From Candidatus Bathyarchaeia archaeon (GTDB lineage Archaea; Thermoproteota; Bathyarchaeia; Bathyarchaeales; Bathycorpusculaceae): DNA of 25,392 nucleotides. Location of the stretch: the NCBI GenBank assembly GCA_038883795.1, contig JAVZLK010000023.1, positions 1-25,392 of the forward strand, written 5' to 3'. The stretch's first letter is position 1; every line of letters starts with the position of its first letter. The notes under the pieces were generated by a model. That model saw only the letters and a list, made by a program, of their open reading frames with translations. It ran no database searches and had not been told where the DNA came from. The translations under genes and the position numbers were made by a program. Positions 8,125-16,835 of the stretch are shown here, piece by piece.

Positions 8125-8316
8125 TTGCCTACTGGAAACTACAGAAGCGTGTCTGTCAGGGAAGAACTCGTGGAGCGTGTTGAAAGGCTGATTCGCAGAG
8201 TTAAAACCTACCATAGTGTTGCAGAGTTTGTTTCTGAGGCTGTTCGTTTGAGGGTTGAAGCCATCGAGAGGCAAGAGAAGCCGAGGGAGGTTGAAGATGA
8301 TGAGTCCGAAAAGTGA
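8125..8316 (+). CDS. Small RHH (CopG/Arc/MetJ) regulator in a Cro-like position
   Basis: SVSVREELVERVE...YHSVAEFVSEAVRLR; TTG start; first gene of the rightward operon. Confidence 0.8.
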   Translation: MPTGNYRSVSVREELVERVERLIRRVKTYHSVAEFVSEAVRLRVEAIERQEKPREVEDDESEK

Positions 8317-8491
8317 CTTGCGGCTTTTGGTTAAGTCTGCTGAGGATTTAGCCTACGCCCTACGCGATACGCTTGACGTTCTCGCTGATCACGAAGCCAG
8401 AATTAAGCTGATTGAAAAGAAGCTCGGCGTTCTGGCTGATTTAGAATCGCATGTTGTTGAAAAGGCAGTTGTTGGGAGGCGAGTGGAGTGA
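8297..8491 (+). CDS. Hypothetical coiled-coil protein
   Basis: GGAGG at 8286-8290 before ATG 8297; heptad pattern LADHEARIKLIEKKL; overlaps neighbouring genes. Confidence 0.65.
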   Translation: MMSPKSDLRLLVKSAEDLAYALRDTLDVLADHEARIKLIEKKLGVLADLESHVVEKAVVGRRVE

Positions 8492-8745
8492 GGTTTCAGC
8501 TTGTCGCTCGAATAACTGATGCGGAGCTTCTGCGGAAAAGCATACATGAGCTTGGCACAGTGTTCTATCAAACAGATGGCGAAGGCAACATTACAAAGGT
8601 TGTTTATTTCAGCGGTTCAAGGGTTGTCGAGTTTGTTGGCAAAGTGGATGAGGGCTTTGCTGGAATCGTTAAGGCTATGGGACATAAGGTTAACTCCATC
8701 GAAGTTGACGAGTTTCAAGGTTTTGTTCGGATTGTTCAGGGTTAA
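8488..8745 (+). CDS. Hypothetical viral protein (85 aa)
   Basis: GTGA start/stop overlap with the upstream gene. Confidence 0.65.
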   Translation: MRFQLVARITDAELLRKSIHELGTVFYQTDGEGNITKVVYFSGSRVVEFVGKVDEGFAGIVKAMGHKVNSIEVDEFQGFVRIVQG

Positions 8746-8797
8746 TGCCGAGATAAAAGGCTGGTCTGGAGTAGGTTTGAGGATTAAGGCGGTAGTG

Positions 8798-9214
8798 ATG
8801 GTTTCGCGTAAAAACGACGTGTTTCATACGGGAGAAGCTGTCATCTACCGCACTTATTTGAGCTATCGAAGGTTTGAGGTTGTAAAACAACCGAACCTGC
8901 CATGGAGCACCACAGCTTTGTATTCAAAGAATGCCTTGATTTTTTATGGGTACTATCGCTTTTCAGGGTTTCCTGTTTCTCATGTGCCTGCATTCTACCG
9001 CAAAGGAGAGAAGGTTGACGGATGCGCTGTGGCGTTAATTCTTGAGCCAAGCCAAATAGACCTTGACTTTGGATATCCGACATTGTTTCTCAGCGAAGAC
9101 GAGGTTAACGTTGTAAGGGAAGCCTTCAAAAAAAGCGACGATTTGACACATGACCTTTTGGGAAGAGGCTGGGCTGGCAAGAGACCATTCCAGAAAGTGG
9201 AGGACTTTATGTGA
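8798..9214 (+). CDS. Hypothetical viral protein
   Basis: 3' part of the 8519-9214 ORF; AGGCGG before GTG/ATG at 8795/8798; stop overlaps the next start. Confidence 0.55.
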   Translation: MVSRKNDVFHTGEAVIYRTYLSYRRFEVVKQPNLPWSTTALYSKNALIFYGYYRFSGFPVSHVPAFYRKGEKVDGCAVALILEPSQIDLDFGYPTLFLSEDEVNVVREAFKKSDDLTHDLLGRGWAGKRPFQKVEDFM

Positions 9215-9405
9215 GACGTTTAAGAGATGGCTCCATGCGCCGTTGTAAGCTGTGTTACCCTTTCACACATAACAAAGCAGATTACAGGATTATCTTTGGC
9301 AATGAAGAACGCCAATTGTTGATTTGCAAGTGGTGTTTAGAAGACCTAACTTTGCTCGGCTTCAACGCCCATCAAATCATCAGTTTGCGGGAGGCTTCTA
9401 AATGA
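9211..9405 (+). CDS. Small Zn-finger protein
   Basis: CKLC...ICKWC; start/stop overlaps at both ends. Confidence 0.6.
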   Translation: MRRLRDGSMRRCKLCYPFTHNKADYRIIFGNEERQLLICKWCLEDLTLLGFNAHQIISLREASK

Positions 9406-11027
9406 CTGAAAGGATTCTGTTAGGCTTCGAGGTCGGTTCCGGCGAACCTGTGCATCTGCCACTGCATCATTTAGCAATTTTCGGAATGACGCAGCTTAGC
9501 GGTAAGACAACCACGCTTGAAGCTTTGATTAGCAGGTCTGGGCTGAGGGCTGTTGCCTTCATTACCAAACGGGGCGAAGCGGGTTTCACCAGCTATAATT
9601 TAATCACGCCTTATTACAAGCCTCGAGCTGATTGGCAGTTTGTCGAAGGCTTAGTTAATGTTGCCCTTGGAGAGAAAGTCAAATACGAGCCTGGAATGCG
9701 CTGGGCAATAATCAAAGTCAGCAAAGGAGCCAAAAACCTCAGGGACGTGAAGGCTAAAGCTGAAGAAATGCTCGCTAAAGCAAAAAGAGACTTTCAAAAG
9801 CAGCTTTTCGAGAAGCTCATCACTTATCTGGAGATTGTTGTGCCAGAGCTTGAACGTTGGAATTTCTCTGACCGGCTGGAGTTGTCTGAAGGCGTTAACG
9901 TCATGGACTTGTCTGGCATGCGCCTTGAAACACAACATTTAGTCATCGCCAGCACAATCGATTATGCTTTTCAAAACTTGGACCATGTTGTCGTCATAGT
10001 GCCTGAAGCATGGGAAACCCTACCGCAGTTTAAGATGACGCCTGTTAAGTGGGTTGCACAGCAATTCATCAGAAAAGGCGCTGCCATTGGCAATTACTTG
10101 TGGCTTGACAGCCAAGACATAGGCGGAATAGACAAGACTCCGCTGAGACAATGTGACAACTGGCTTATGGGAAGAATGAAAGAAGCCCATGAAGTTGAAC
10201 GTATTCTAAAGCAGCTTTTAGGAACGAAAGTCAAGGCTGAGGAGATTCAAACATTGCCCTTAGGACACTTTTACGCTGTCATCGGGAACGAAGTTAAGAA
10301 GGTGTATGTTTTGCCTGCAGGTGTTCCCGAGGCTGTTGGCAGGGAAGTTGCTCTCGATAAGCGTGGCCCTGAGAGTGTTCGTGACGGTTTTCTTAAACCG
10401 AGAATGGAGGATGAGGATTTGGTTTGGAAAGAACGTTATGAACAGCTTAAAGCGGAAATCCCACGGCTTGTTGAAGAGGCAAGACGGCAAGCATACCGTG
10501 AAGCTATGCAGAAGCTTGATGAAGTCAAGAAGCAATGGAACGTTGAAGAGTATCAGCAAACCATAGCCCAACTGAAGGATGATAAGGCAACGTTAGAAGC
10601 GGAGCTAAAGAAGCTTGAGCCACTGAAAGCCTTCAAAGAAGCCTTAATGAAGTTTTTAGGCGAAAACGCACCTTTACCCGATTTGTCTATACCTTCTGGA
10701 GTTACTGTGCAACATGAGGCTCCAGCCTTAACCGTGCAGATCCTTCGCAAACCGCTTGTGTTAAGCACCGACAACGCTCAAGGAAGATTAGCATTGCTTT
10801 ATGCTGAAGGCTTCTTCGACGAGGAAGAGCGAACAATCAGCATAGTGCAGAGAGAAATGATGAGGCGAGGCTGGCCTAAAGACCCAAGGCTAAGCGGCTT
10901 TTTGGATGAGATATGTAGTTGGGGTTATCTTCGAAAGCGAAGGACAGACCGTTGGCTATACCAAGCAGCCATAAAATCGGCTGAAGCCCGAAGCAAAGGC
11001 TTGCTAAAAGAGGTTGAGGTTTCATGA
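9402..11027 (+). CDS. HerA/FtsK-like P-loop ATPase with coiled coil and C-terminal winged-helix-like domain
   Basis: HLAIFGMTQLSGKTT (Walker A-like), VMDLSG, VVVIVPEAW (Walker B-like), RKGAAIG...DSQ, IQTLPLGHF. Confidence 0.8.
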   Translation: MTERILLGFEVGSGEPVHLPLHHLAIFGMTQLSGKTTTLEALISRSGLRAVAFITKRGEAGFTSYNLITPYYKPRADWQFVEGLVNVALGEKVKYEPGMRWAIIKVSKGAKNLRDVKAKAEEMLAKAKRDFQKQLFEKLITYLEIVVPELERWNFSDRLELSEGVNVMDLSGMRLETQHLVIASTIDYAFQNLDHVVVIVPEAWETLPQFKMTPVKWVAQQFIRKGAAIGNYLWLDSQDIGGIDKTPLRQCDNWLMGRMKEAHEVERILKQLLGTKVKAEEIQTLPLGHFYAVIGNEVKKVYVLPAGVPEAVGREVALDKRGPESVRDGFLKPRMEDEDLVWKERYEQLKAEIPRLVEEARRQAYREAMQKLDEVKKQWNVEEYQQTIAQLKDDKATLEAELKKLEPLKAFKEALMKFLGENAPLPDLSIPSGVTVQHEAPALTVQILRKPLVLSTDNAQGRLALLYAEGFFDEEERTISIVQREMMRRGWPKDPRLSGFLDEICSWGYLRKRRTDRWLYQAAIKSAEARSKGLLKEVEVS

Positions 11028-11158
11028 AGCAAAAATTCCTTGCCATAATCCATTCGCACGGTGAAAAACCAGTTACACCAATTGACTTGGCACTTTGCCT
11101 CAAACACTTGCCCCTCAACACTTCAAAAGCTTCATTTCAGGTTAGAGAGCCAAGGTGA
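11024..11158 (+). CDS. Small hypothetical protein (44 aa, not in ORF track)
   Basis: ATGA overlap with the ATPase stop and GAGGT RBS; MKQKFLAIIHSHGEKPVTPIDLALCLKHLPLNTSKASFQVREPR. Confidence 0.45.
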   Translation: MKQKFLAIIHSHGEKPVTPIDLALCLKHLPLNTSKASFQVREPR

Positions 11159-11162
11159 TTTC

Positions 11163-11306
11163 TTGACTGAAAAAATTATGTTAAAATGTCCTTTCTGTGG
11201 TTATGTCTGGAAGCCTCGAGTTGAGAAGCCTAAGGCTTGCCCCCGCTGCAAAAACCGACTGGACAGAAGGAAAAGGCGGTTGCCTAAATGTTTCAGAAAT
11301 ACGTGA
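11163..11306 (+). CDS. Small Zn-ribbon protein
   Basis: CPFCGYVWKPRVEKPKACPRCK; GGTGA before TTG 11163 (alternative ATG 11178). Confidence 0.7.
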   Translation: MTEKIMLKCPFCGYVWKPRVEKPKACPRCKNRLDRRKRRLPKCFRNT

Positions 11307-11310
11307 GTTG

Positions 11311-11724
11311 ATGATTGTGGGTGATGATAGTAGTAGAAAAGACAAGATAATAGATAAAGAAGAATTATTAAATAAATTATTAAATAAATCTACTATCATC
11401 ACAAGTTTTTCTGTCGGACCTGAAGATGTTCCAATTCTTGAACAATTCAGGCAGATTGCGAAACGTGAAGCTGGTCCAAGAGGTTTCAGCCAAGTTTTGA
11501 TTAAGGCTATGCAGGAGTACAACAAACGCCACGGCATAGGTAATCCGCAACTGCTCATAACACATTACGCTAAAGCAGAAGAGCCTCAGCCCATGCATGT
11601 TTTATGCATTTATTGTCAAGGAGCCTTAACAGACGGACGCGTATTCTGTCAGCGGAAGGGCATGTGGATTCCAGGCGTGTCATGTTACAGCTGCAAATTT
11701 AACAGGCTAAGGAAACAGAAATGA
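11311..11724 (+). CDS. RHH-like plus Cys-rich Zn-binding protein
   Basis: TSFSV...ILEQFRQIAKRE...FSQVLIKAMQEY; CIYC...C...CYSC. Start uncertain. Confidence 0.6.
   Translation: MIVGDDSSRKDKIIDKEELLNKLLNKSTIITSFSVGPEDVPILEQFRQIAKREAGPRGFSQVLIKAMQEYNKRHGIGNPQLLITHYAKAEEPQPMHVLCIYCQGALTDGRVFCQRKGMWIPGVSCYSCKFNRLRKQK
11321..11402. repeat. 13-bp perfect inverted repeat enclosing an AT-rich core with a tandem repeat
   Basis: GTGATGATAGTAG 11321-11333 / CTACTATCATCAC 11390-11402; TTATTAAATAAA twice in tandem inside. Confidence 0.8.
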
Positions 11725-11732
11725 ACAATGTT

Positions 11733-12785
11733 TTATAAGTAGTCAGTTAACGGCTTTTCCTTTCTTGGTCCTTTTGGACGAACTGGTCTTGTTCTCCCAG
11801 CTCCTCTTTTTCTTTTTTTCAGCTCTTTAAAGTGTTGTCTGGAAAGCTTCTTACAAATAACTTCCTGTATTGGTCTTTTGGTCTTTAGAGTAGGGATTGG
11901 AACGAGAAACATGTCTGGTTTCTCTACAGTTTTTTCTATAATTTTAAGTTCCCAAAGTTTTTCAAGTGCTTCTCGTATCCAGCTTCGCTTTGCCTGAATA
12001 GTTGGAGTGTCGAATTCATGCCATGAAATGAAAAACTTCTTCATCTGCTCATAGATCCAATCTAACTCAACTTCGCACACTTTCCTCTCTGGCACCTGCT
12101 GAATTGGTGCAAAAACATATTGGATTAAAACTGTCATAGTATACTGTACAGGTGGTTTTTCTTTAACAAAAGTTAGTGACCACCTCAAATAAGTTAAGAC
12201 GCACTCTGGTATGAGTATGCCACCCGGGGTCTGAATTAGATTTTGCATTTCAACATGCCGTATTTTGCCATAAACTGGGAACACTCTCATTTCCTCTTTG
12301 CGTTCACCTCCCTTGGGTGATGTTATCGTCCATGACCACACAGCGAATCCATCTTCACGAAAGAAAGACCATTCTTTTGAATCGGATAGTTTCTTTATCA
12401 TGTCAACGGTTTTTTGGGCGTCATCGACGTGACAGATCAGAACCAGATCCTGTGAATCAATACTTTCTTGATTCGTGCCCCAACCTGAGCAAGGGGATAC
12501 ATATTTTTTTAATTCCTTTAGTTCTTTTTCGAGCAACCCGTCATCGAATGGCAAGGACCATTTTAACTCAAAGAGCACAGCTTTTCTTTCTTTTTTGAAG
12601 ATGGCCATTACATCGGGTCTCAACTCATGGCCTTCAGTGTTAACCAATTTGTGCTCAATGGCAACAGCCGCATTTTTCAACTGAGTAGTGATAAAGTGAT
12701 AGATCGCAAAAGAAACTGCTACTGTATCTGCGTATTTGCGATAGTTTTTTGTACATTGATCTTCATAGTAACTCAAGCTTGTCAA
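11733..12785 (-). CDS. PD-(D/E)xK nuclease-domain protein with winged-helix-like C-terminal region and basic tail
   Basis: LRPDVMAI...VLFELKWS; WIREALEKLWELKIIEK; likely TTG start at 12785 behind GGAG, just after the upstream stop. Confidence 0.7.
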   Translation of the reverse strand: MTSLSYYEDQCTKNYRKYADTVAVSFAIYHFITTQLKNAAVAIEHKLVNTEGHELRPDVMAIFKKERKAVLFELKWSLPFDDGLLEKELKELKKYVSPCSGWGTNQESIDSQDLVLICHVDDAQKTVDMIKKLSDSKEWSFFREDGFAVWSWTITSPKGGERKEEMRVFPVYGKIRHVEMQNLIQTPGGILIPECVLTYLRWSLTFVKEKPPVQYTMTVLIQYVFAPIQQVPERKVCEVELDWIYEQMKKFFISWHEFDTPTIQAKRSWIREALEKLWELKIIEKTVEKPDMFLVPIPTLKTKRPIQEVICKKLSRQHFKELKKRKRGAGRTRPVRPKGPRKEKPLTDYL

Positions 12786-12790
12786 CTTGG

Positions 12791-13870
12791 CTACTCCGCA
12801 ATGCTGTGGATATCTCCATCTCCGAGAATCTCTTGGATACGGTTTGTTAATCTCCAAGCAGACTGGGGGGTAGCTTTAATAATAGGGGTTATAGTGACGA
12901 TCTTACCTAACACTGTAACGCCAAATGATGAGCCGTCACCATAGTCATTGAGGTTTGCCACAAAATAAGGATTTCCAGCATGAACAACTGAACAAGAATA
13001 GTTTTTGCTAATTCTATCAGCAAGCCTCTGAAGTTGTTCTCTATCGAAATCAAATTTGTAAGAGATGCTGAAAGGTCGCAAGATGACTTTTCCATCACTA
13101 ATTATGCGTTCTCGATGGGAATAGAATCTTTTCCAATTCAGTCCAAGGTCAATCGCTTTTTCAACAACATTTTCATAAAAAGCAGTGAAGTCTCCAAATG
13201 CGAGTTTGCACACGCCACGCCTTGAAACATGAGCTCTAAGAATAAGTCTCTCTGTTTCAGCGTCTCGAACTTTGAAGTCCGCCCTATCAAGAGTGACTCG
13301 AAAATCCTTTGATAGTCTTATCAAATCCTCTTCTGCATTCTCTTCCCACAATTGATACGTTCCTTTCTCACCTGTGAAACGCTCCATTCTCTTAGGTTCA
13401 CGTTTGACAGTAATGAAGGTCAATGTAGCTCTGCCGTGATATGCACGCTTTACTGCATTAATAAGGGCAGATATTTGAGAGTAATTTAGATACACCCTTG
13501 AGACCGAAGGGTATAATGCACTGAAAAGTCTCTGCAAAGCGCGATTAACAAAATATGATTCTTCGTTACAAAGAACTACCCATGTTCCTTTATGACTCGT
13601 ATCTATAATCGCATATCCTTTTACTATGTCTCTCCAAACCAATTTCTTTAGCTGAAGACCGTAAAGACCTTCTTCAAGTTTTTTGACAGATATATTGTAG
13701 ATTCTCATCAGCTTTTCTCTGTCTTTAAATATGTCCGGCAGATCTTCAACTTCAAGCTCTGACAATAAAATTATCGCCTTCAAAGGTGGCTTTTTCTTTC
13801 TTGTAGTATAGAGCTTATTAAAAAACAAGTTCATGCCAAGACGACTTTCAATGCTGACAGTTTCTTGCAA
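12791..13870 (-). CDS. Uncharacterised alpha/beta protein, operon partner of the nuclease
   Basis: 359-aa ORF ending 5 nt before the likely nuclease start; HAGNPYF...DYGDGSSF motif; no function recognised. Confidence 0.7.
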   Translation of the reverse strand: MQETVSIESRLGMNLFFNKLYTTRKKKPPLKAIILLSELEVEDLPDIFKDREKLMRIYNISVKKLEEGLYGLQLKKLVWRDIVKGYAIIDTSHKGTWVVLCNEESYFVNRALQRLFSALYPSVSRVYLNYSQISALINAVKRAYHGRATLTFITVKREPKRMERFTGEKGTYQLWEENAEEDLIRLSKDFRVTLDRADFKVRDAETERLILRAHVSRRGVCKLAFGDFTAFYENVVEKAIDLGLNWKRFYSHRERIISDGKVILRPFSISYKFDFDREQLQRLADRISKNYSCSVVHAGNPYFVANLNDYGDGSSFGVTVLGKIVTITPIIKATPQSAWRLTNRIQEILGDGDIHSIAE

Positions 13871-14114
13871 CTTTTTTCCCTAACCCAAATACATTTAGAT
13901 AATCTCTTACGATATAACTATTTACCTGACCATCCGTTCTCTCGGACAATGATTAAAGAACTAATCGGACCGAAAGAGAGTTATTACGTTATTTGTAGAC
14001 CCTTCTACGTTACCAACTTTGGAGAGCCTATTTATTAAAGATAAGTTTCATTAAAGCCTAATTTCAGATTTTCTTTTATTTTTGTGGCTTAATATTGTTG
14101 TTGGTGTTGAATGC

Positions 14115-14261
14115 TTGCCTATTTTCCAGCAGAGCGTTGATTCTGAGCTTTACGAGTGGCTTTTGAAAGAGCAGAAGAGGCGGAAGGCTCGAAGCACCCA
14201 AGATGTAATCCGTCAGATTTTGCGGGAAGCTAAGGCGGAGGCTGAAAAGCAACATGGTTAG
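14115..14261 (+). CDS. Small RHH protein (48 aa, not in ORF track) preceding the portal
   Basis: MPIFQQSVDSELYEWLLKEQKRRKARSTQDVIRQILREAKAEAEKQHG; GGTG before TTG; overlaps the portal start. Confidence 0.7.
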   Translation: MPIFQQSVDSELYEWLLKEQKRRKARSTQDVIRQILREAKAEAEKQHG

Positions 14262-15696
14262 CGTTAGGCAGCTTTTAGCCCAGAAACTCTTTGGAATCCA
14301 CTCCGCACCTTCTCAAACACAAGCTGAAATCCAACGTGTTTACACAGGATTAGGCGCAGAGTTTGGTCAACCCCTCACTCACGACAACATCACTTTTGCA
14401 ATTAAACGTGAGCCTGTAGCCCACCGCATTGTTTTTGCTGTGGCCCATGACATTTTTGACAACTGGTTCACGGTTGAACCTCTTGAAGAAAGCACAGACA
14501 AAGAAAAATTCAACGAAACCGTTCAGAAAGTCCTGCTTCTGCTTAACGCCAAAGATGTTTTCACTCAAGCTGCGGTTTTTGAAAGAGCCTACGGCTGGAG
14601 CATAATCGTAATAGGCTACCAAGACAAAGGCGTCACATTGAAAGATCCAGTCTTGATGCCTGAAAAAATCGTAAGCCTCGAAGCCTACGCCCCAACAACG
14701 ATAACAAGCGTCCAAACAGACAAGAACAGGCAGAGCGCCCGCTTTGGCTTGCCAGAAACCTACAAAATAAAAACAGCAGAAAACGAAGAAGTTGAAGTTC
14801 ACTTCAGCCGAGTCATCCACTTCGCCACTCGCCTCTTAGACCATCCTTGGAAGGGCATAAGCGTTCTCGAACCTGTCTGGGACGACTTGACTGTTCTGCG
14901 TAATATTCGCTGGGGCATGGGACAAACCATGTATAGGTATGGTTCAGGCTTTCCAGTAGTCACGGTTAAAGGCGCTACTAAAGAGCAGATAGACCAGTAC
15001 AAACGTGAATGGGGTCCGTTAACGGCTCAAACAAGCATGTGGGCAGACGAAAACACAACAATAGAGTTTAAGGGCTTGGCTGGAAGAGCCTTAGACCCAG
15101 AACCATATTATACGCCTATAATGGAGAACATAAGCGCAGGCACAAGCATACCGATGGCGATTTTGCGCGGAGCCCAAGCTGGACAATTAGCGGGAAGCGA
15201 AGTAAACGAACGCGAATACTTCAAGCAGATAAGCGACTGCCAAAGCCGATATGAACCCTACATCATGGATTTAATTGATCGATTAATGGAAACAAAACAG
15301 ATTCCAGATACACATTACCGCATTAACTGGCTTGGCGGATTCGAAATAAACCCAAGAGACCAAGCAGCCGCAGAACTGGACAAAACCCGCAGCCTACAGC
15401 TCAAAACAAACTGGATGACAATCAACGAAATAAGACAACTTGAAGGCTTAGAACGCCTTCCAGGCGCCGACATAGTCTTAGGCTTAAGCAAACTTCAAAA
15501 TGGAACGGTTCCAAACATAAGCTCTGCAACATCAAAACGAAAGCTGGAACTGGAAAGAAAATTTGGAAAACCTGTAGACAGGCTATTAGCCGATGGAATA
15601 GCAGCGGGCAAAAGCGTAAACAAGATCTGCAAAGAACTCGGCATAGGAAAACAAACATTCTATTGTTGGACGGAAGAATATGGACTGAGACATTAA
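14254..15696 (+). CDS. Portal protein (DUF1073/HI1409-like) with C-terminal HTH
   Basis: ERAYGWSIIVI, FGLPETY, VHFSRVIHF, GISVLEP, SIPMAILRG...G, MTINEIRQLEGL; tail SVNKICKELGIGKQTFYCW. Confidence 0.9.
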   Translation: MVSVRQLLAQKLFGIHSAPSQTQAEIQRVYTGLGAEFGQPLTHDNITFAIKREPVAHRIVFAVAHDIFDNWFTVEPLEESTDKEKFNETVQKVLLLLNAKDVFTQAAVFERAYGWSIIVIGYQDKGVTLKDPVLMPEKIVSLEAYAPTTITSVQTDKNRQSARFGLPETYKIKTAENEEVEVHFSRVIHFATRLLDHPWKGISVLEPVWDDLTVLRNIRWGMGQTMYRYGSGFPVVTVKGATKEQIDQYKREWGPLTAQTSMWADENTTIEFKGLAGRALDPEPYYTPIMENISAGTSIPMAILRGAQAGQLAGSEVNEREYFKQISDCQSRYEPYIMDLIDRLMETKQIPDTHYRINWLGGFEINPRDQAAAELDKTRSLQLKTNWMTINEIRQLEGLERLPGADIVLGLSKLQNGTVPNISSATSKRKLELERKFGKPVDRLLADGIAAGKSVNKICKELGIGKQTFYCWTEEYGLRH

Positions 15697-15769
15697 GGCT
15701 TTAATCTTATGAAAACACGGGCTCAAATCTAATAAAACTAATTGTATAAAATGGTATAGGGGCTCAAAA

Positions 15770-16291
15770 GTGAACGAAAACGAATTCAGAGATATGGTAT
15801 ACAACGAATTGAAAAAGAATCTGCCAAATTACATAGTGAAGAAAGATGAAAGCCTTCTTTACAAGTTATTTATAGATGCTCGAGGCAAACTTAGCCCTTC
15901 AGATCTTGACAGCCCTAAAAGAGGACAATTAGCTTTTCAAACTGATATACTGATAAAAAATGATAAAGTGCCTTTAGTTGTAATTGAAACAAAATATGGT
16001 GGCTTTTCTACCCATGACGTATTAACCTATTCCACTAAGGCGATGAAGCACAAAGAAGTATATCCATATATTAGATATGGCTTTGTGATTGGCGGGGAGA
16101 GCAAGATTAGTAAAAAATTTTTTACCCACAATTCAGGCTTTGATTTTGCTTTTGCAATAGGAAATATGGAGAATGACTTAAAAGAATTAATTGACATTGT
16201 AAAGAAGCAGATTCAAGCATCCGAACTTATGTTAGCCGTTCTAACAGATAGAAAAGTAAGAAAATACGTAGCGAATATCGAATTAGCTTGA
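15770..16291 (+). CDS. PD-(D/E)xK nuclease-like moron
   Basis: FQTDILI...PLVVIETK...STHDVLTYSTKA; AT-rich. Confidence 0.7.
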   Translation: MNENEFRDMVYNELKKNLPNYIVKKDESLLYKLFIDARGKLSPSDLDSPKRGQLAFQTDILIKNDKVPLVVIETKYGGFSTHDVLTYSTKAMKHKEVYPYIRYGFVIGGESKISKKFFTHNSGFDFAFAIGNMENDLKELIDIVKKQIQASELMLAVLTDRKVRKYVANIELA

Positions 16292-16773
16292 GGGCTTTTA
16301 TGTCACAGTCCTTTGAAAACGCTGTTAAAAACTTGCTTACGCAAATGGGGAAAAACGCTGGTTTTAGTTGTAAAAACGAATATCGTTTGAGAATCAATGG
16401 ACTGAGTAGATACATCGCTTACATCGACCATGTATGGCTCGAGAAAGTCCCTCATCCCTTAGGTCACTCCAGAGAAATCCCTGTTGTTGCGTTTGAAATT
16501 ACGAAAGACATCAGCACACTATGGAACATGAAGAAAATGAAGGGCGACATTGAGAACTTGCGCCTTTCAAATGCAGCTTTAGGAGTTTTGGTAATACCCA
16601 CTTTAGATGATCTGAAAAGCCAAGCTAAAAATTACGGAACAGGCTCCGAAACATGGCTTGAAAACCTGGAAAGTTATTTAAGAGCTTTAAAAATGATAGG
16701 TTTCCCGTTAAGGCTCGAAATTTGGTGCTTTGATATACAAAGAAATATTTTTTCATCATTTCCTATAACCTAA
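16288..16773 (+). CDS. Restriction-endonuclease-fold-like moron
   Basis: EYRL...IDHVW...PVVAFEI...KKMKGDIENL; start overlaps the previous stop (or ATG 16300). Confidence 0.6.
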   Translation: MRAFMSQSFENAVKNLLTQMGKNAGFSCKNEYRLRINGLSRYIAYIDHVWLEKVPHPLGHSREIPVVAFEITKDISTLWNMKKMKGDIENLRLSNAALGVLVIPTLDDLKSQAKNYGTGSETWLENLESYLRALKMIGFPLRLEIWCFDIQRNIFSSFPIT

Positions 16774-16835
16774 AACGGTCTGTTCGCTGAACCTAAAAGG
16801 CGCCTTTGTCTTGGCTACTTTGTGAGTGAAAAGAG

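Noticed and set aside
8519-8797. 5' extension of the 231-aa ORF
   Set aside because: Overlaps the better-supported 8488-8745 gene in another frame; an RBS-like site supports a start near 8798.
14254-15696. Anti-CBASS Acb1 label often given to DUF1073-like proteins
   Set aside because: Size, motifs and context indicate a portal protein.
14050-15705. 10-bp inverted repeat ATTAAAGCCT / AGGCTTTAAT flanking the RHH-portal unit as invertase sites
   Set aside because: Short AT-rich match expected by chance in 25 kb; no other support.
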